Assembly: GCA_965235115.1 (NCBI GenBank)
Contig: OZ249445.1
Span: 17,298,001 to 17,362,000 of the forward strand
From: Laetmonice hystrix
Lineage: Eukaryota
Reading direction: 5' to 3'
DNA length: 64,000 nt
Numbering within the stretch: position 1 is the first letter of the stretch; every line of letters begins with the position of its first letter. The notes under the pieces were generated by a model. The model was not told where the DNA came from. It did no database searches and saw only the letters and a list, made by a program, of their open reading frames with translations. The position numbers and the translations under genes were made by a program. Shown piece after piece: positions 61,300-64,000 of the stretch.

Positions 61300-61922
61300 T
61301 ATGCAGGACCGCATGCTTTAGTTCCAGATTACCTGTTATAAACACAGTCCTGGAAAGCTGACAGTATATGCAGGACCGCCTGCTTTAGTTCCAGATTACC
61401 TGTTATAAACACAGTCCTGGAAAGCTGACAGTATATGCAGGACCGCATGCTTTAGTTCCAGATTACCTGTTATAAACACAGTCCTGGAAAGATGACAGTA
61501 TATGCAGGACCGCATGCTTTAGTTCCAGATTACCTGTTATAAACACAGTCCTGGAAAGCTGACAGTATATGCAGGACCGCCTGCTTTAGTTCCAGATTAC
61601 CTGTTATATAAACACAGTCCTGGAAAGCTGACAGTATATGCAGGACCGCATGCTTTAGTTCCAGATTACCTGTTATAAACACAGTCCTGGAAAGCTGACA
61701 GTATATGCAGGACCGCATGCTTTAGTTTCAGATTACCTGTTATAAACACAGTCCTGGAAAGCTGACAGTATATGCAGGACCGCATGCTTTAGTTCCAGAT
61801 TACCTGTTATAAACACAGTCCTGGAAAGCTGACAGTTCCAGATTACCTGTTATAAACACAGTCCTGGAAAGCTGACAGTTCCAGATTACCTGTTATAAAC
61901 ACAGTCCTGGAAAGCTGACAGT
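61300..61922. repeat. 67-bp minisatellite (8 copies) followed by two 43-bp truncated units
   Basis: Unit gcaggaccgcatgctttagttccagattacctgttataaacacagtcctggaaagctgacagtatat. Confidence 0.96.
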
Positions 61923-63879
61923 CATTTTAAAAGTATGCCACCTCGTATCAGAAGGCGCTCAATATACCACAACGTTTTTACTTTAGTTTTAAATATCTAT
62001 ACATTTGCATAAATATGTTACGGTAACCTGTTTAGCAATATTCGACCGTTGACCTTGACGAGCAGGCCGCCAACGTATGAGATGTCACACACGTGTTCGT
62101 ATAAGGCATGCAGGCGGCCACACTGACGGCTTGAAACAACGCCTGGCAAAAACTTCTGCATTACAACAATAAAATGTGGCCACTGATTATTGCATGGGGA
62201 CATACGGGACGTGCCGCGGGAGTTGAAATTCATATGGTTGGTGAAAGTCCTTTTGCATTGTCTGAGAACATGGTTATGTTGATCCTGACGCTGACAAGTT
62301 TATTTTCTAATTATCTCGTCGTGAGGACTTTTAGCCTTAGTTTATCTTAACTTTGAGGTATATCATCACTTTTGCAGTTTATAACCAGGGAGGTTAGTGT
62401 GATTTCATTTCTTGAGTGGTCCTACTTTACCTAATGATTGAAAACGTCGAAAGGAATCCGCATTAAAGATGTCAAGATTGACAAAGTCGTGACGCCCGAT
62501 GCCTTTACAGCCGCATGTGTCTCCATATTAGGAGAGACATATTTTCATAGCGTCATCCACCTAGTTTCTACAGATAGGCCAACTTTTTACAGGCCTACCG
62601 GTGGTCTGTCAAAATCTCCTCAAACTGCTCTATATTCTTCTTTACTCTGATACAAATGGCTGACTTTTCATTTTCATTTCTATTGCACAGATGAACAAAA
62701 GACCATACGAGGACGAAATGTGTCAAATTTAAAATGCACATGCGTAGATACTAAATGTCCAAGGTTATGTGCGCGTCTGTGTTGAAAACTTAGATGTTCT
62801 TACAACCCCCCCCCCCCCCCCTCACCGTGACCGTCAACGTTACCGTGTTCCGTCAGGTCGGATTACCATAATCCTTATCTTACCTTGGACTATAGTTGAG
62901 ACCTCGTGACGATGGCGTGTCGACAGTTTGAGACGGCTAGCCATGACGGTATACTACAGATGGCGATGTTACGGCACAGGATGCTGGACCCAACACGTAG
63001 CTAAAGCCGGTCCCTGTCATGGACCGACGCAGGACCGTCACCTGAGGTCCCCGCCATGGACCACCAAAACCTCCGGCATGCTACGGTTTCCGTAAACCCC
63101 CCTCAAAAACAGCACCATGTTCAGATGTTGAGCCATACTATAACTTTTCTCCTGGGTACATTACACTGCATACTCATCTTTCCGCTCTCCCTCTCTCTCC
63201 TCCATAACTTCTACATCTGACCGGTGTCATGTACCGAATATCAGCATATATGCACGGCCCGCTAAGGCCTAAGGGAACAGAAGCGTTGAACTACTTTTTG
63301 ATGGTCACTGCACTGATGCTAGGGGCCCAGATTGGGAATTCGCACATATAACAAATAAACCTTTTGATGATTATTTATTTAAAAAAACAACCGAAAAATT
63401 AAAAGTGTCCGTGGTAAAGAATCGAATTGTTAACTTAGTACACTATCGCGTGTAGTAGGCCTATTATATATTTTGCAAAAAGCCAACAGGTGTAGAAGAT
63501 AAAAACTAGTTCCACCTGTTCAAGAGTAGCGTGTAAGGGCCCCTCACGCTGGGCCCCCTGCTGGGCCGCGTTTCTTGGTAGTGAAGAAGTTCATCAAGTT
63601 GATTTTAACTAGCGACGCGAAGGAATTACGGGACGAAAGAGGGACTGGTTTATAGTAATATAATGACATAGCCTGCTCGATACAAGCATATAGTACATGT
63701 CTGAAAACGGTTAGCCGTTAATAGGTAAAGACATACAAAATCCACAAATTATTATGTATTTTTGGACAATATACAAATATAAATGTTGAACCTATATTCC
63801 TCTTCAGAACTTATGACATGAAATAAAGTTTTGTCTGAATTTGACTGCACGGCTCTCTCTGGCTCTCTTATGATTGCTG

Positions 63880-63925
63880 TGCGCATGCGTGGCCTCTGAC
63901 CGGAGGTAGTTTACTACCTTCCGGT
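63880..63925. promoter_or_regulatory. NRF1-like motif next to an inverted CCGGAGGTAG/CTACCTTCCGG pair; possible promoter
   Basis: TGCGCATGCG at 63880-63889; ETS-like TTCCGG. Function is inferred. Confidence 0.3.
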
Positions 63926-64000
63926 TTTAGTCATATTTTGACGTTGTGGCCAGGGGCACATCTAGGGATAGGGGACACATGAGTGATTAAATATAATGAC

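Noticed and set aside
59880-63100. A possible further minus-strand gene (MASRLKLSTRHRHEVSTIVQ|GTAAGA near 62885 plus downstream pieces)
   Set aside because: Candidate downstream exons have weak acceptors or early stops; no coherent protein was obtained.

Overview
Intron-rich, repeat-dense genomic DNA from an animal, probably a marine invertebrate; the species cannot be determined from the sequence. There are three assembly gaps. Most ORFs in the track are spurious or partial exons, so genes were rebuilt by hand from GT-AG boundaries with codon-phase checks. (1) A minus-strand gene of at least 16 coding exons (5393 to <3) encodes a protein of over 546 aa with two calponin-homology (CH)-like domains. 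(2,3) Two tandem plus-strand paralogues (10761-19838, about 734 aa; 22114-28238, about 635 aa) encode signal peptide, repeated Cys/Trp-patterned extracellular modules, a Ser/Thr stalk, one TM helix and a short tail. Only the first has a ShK-toxin-like exon. (4) A three-exon gene absent from the ORF track (39250-49741) encodes an 88-aa neuropeptide-type precursor with a disulfide ring and an amidation signal; I do not recognise the peptide. The window also holds several MITEs, including a 2.6-kb self-nested structure, and about 15 minisatellite arrays. Three of those arrays amplify an exon end together with its splice donor. No prokaryotic features, CRISPR arrays, tRNAs or rRNAs were seen.
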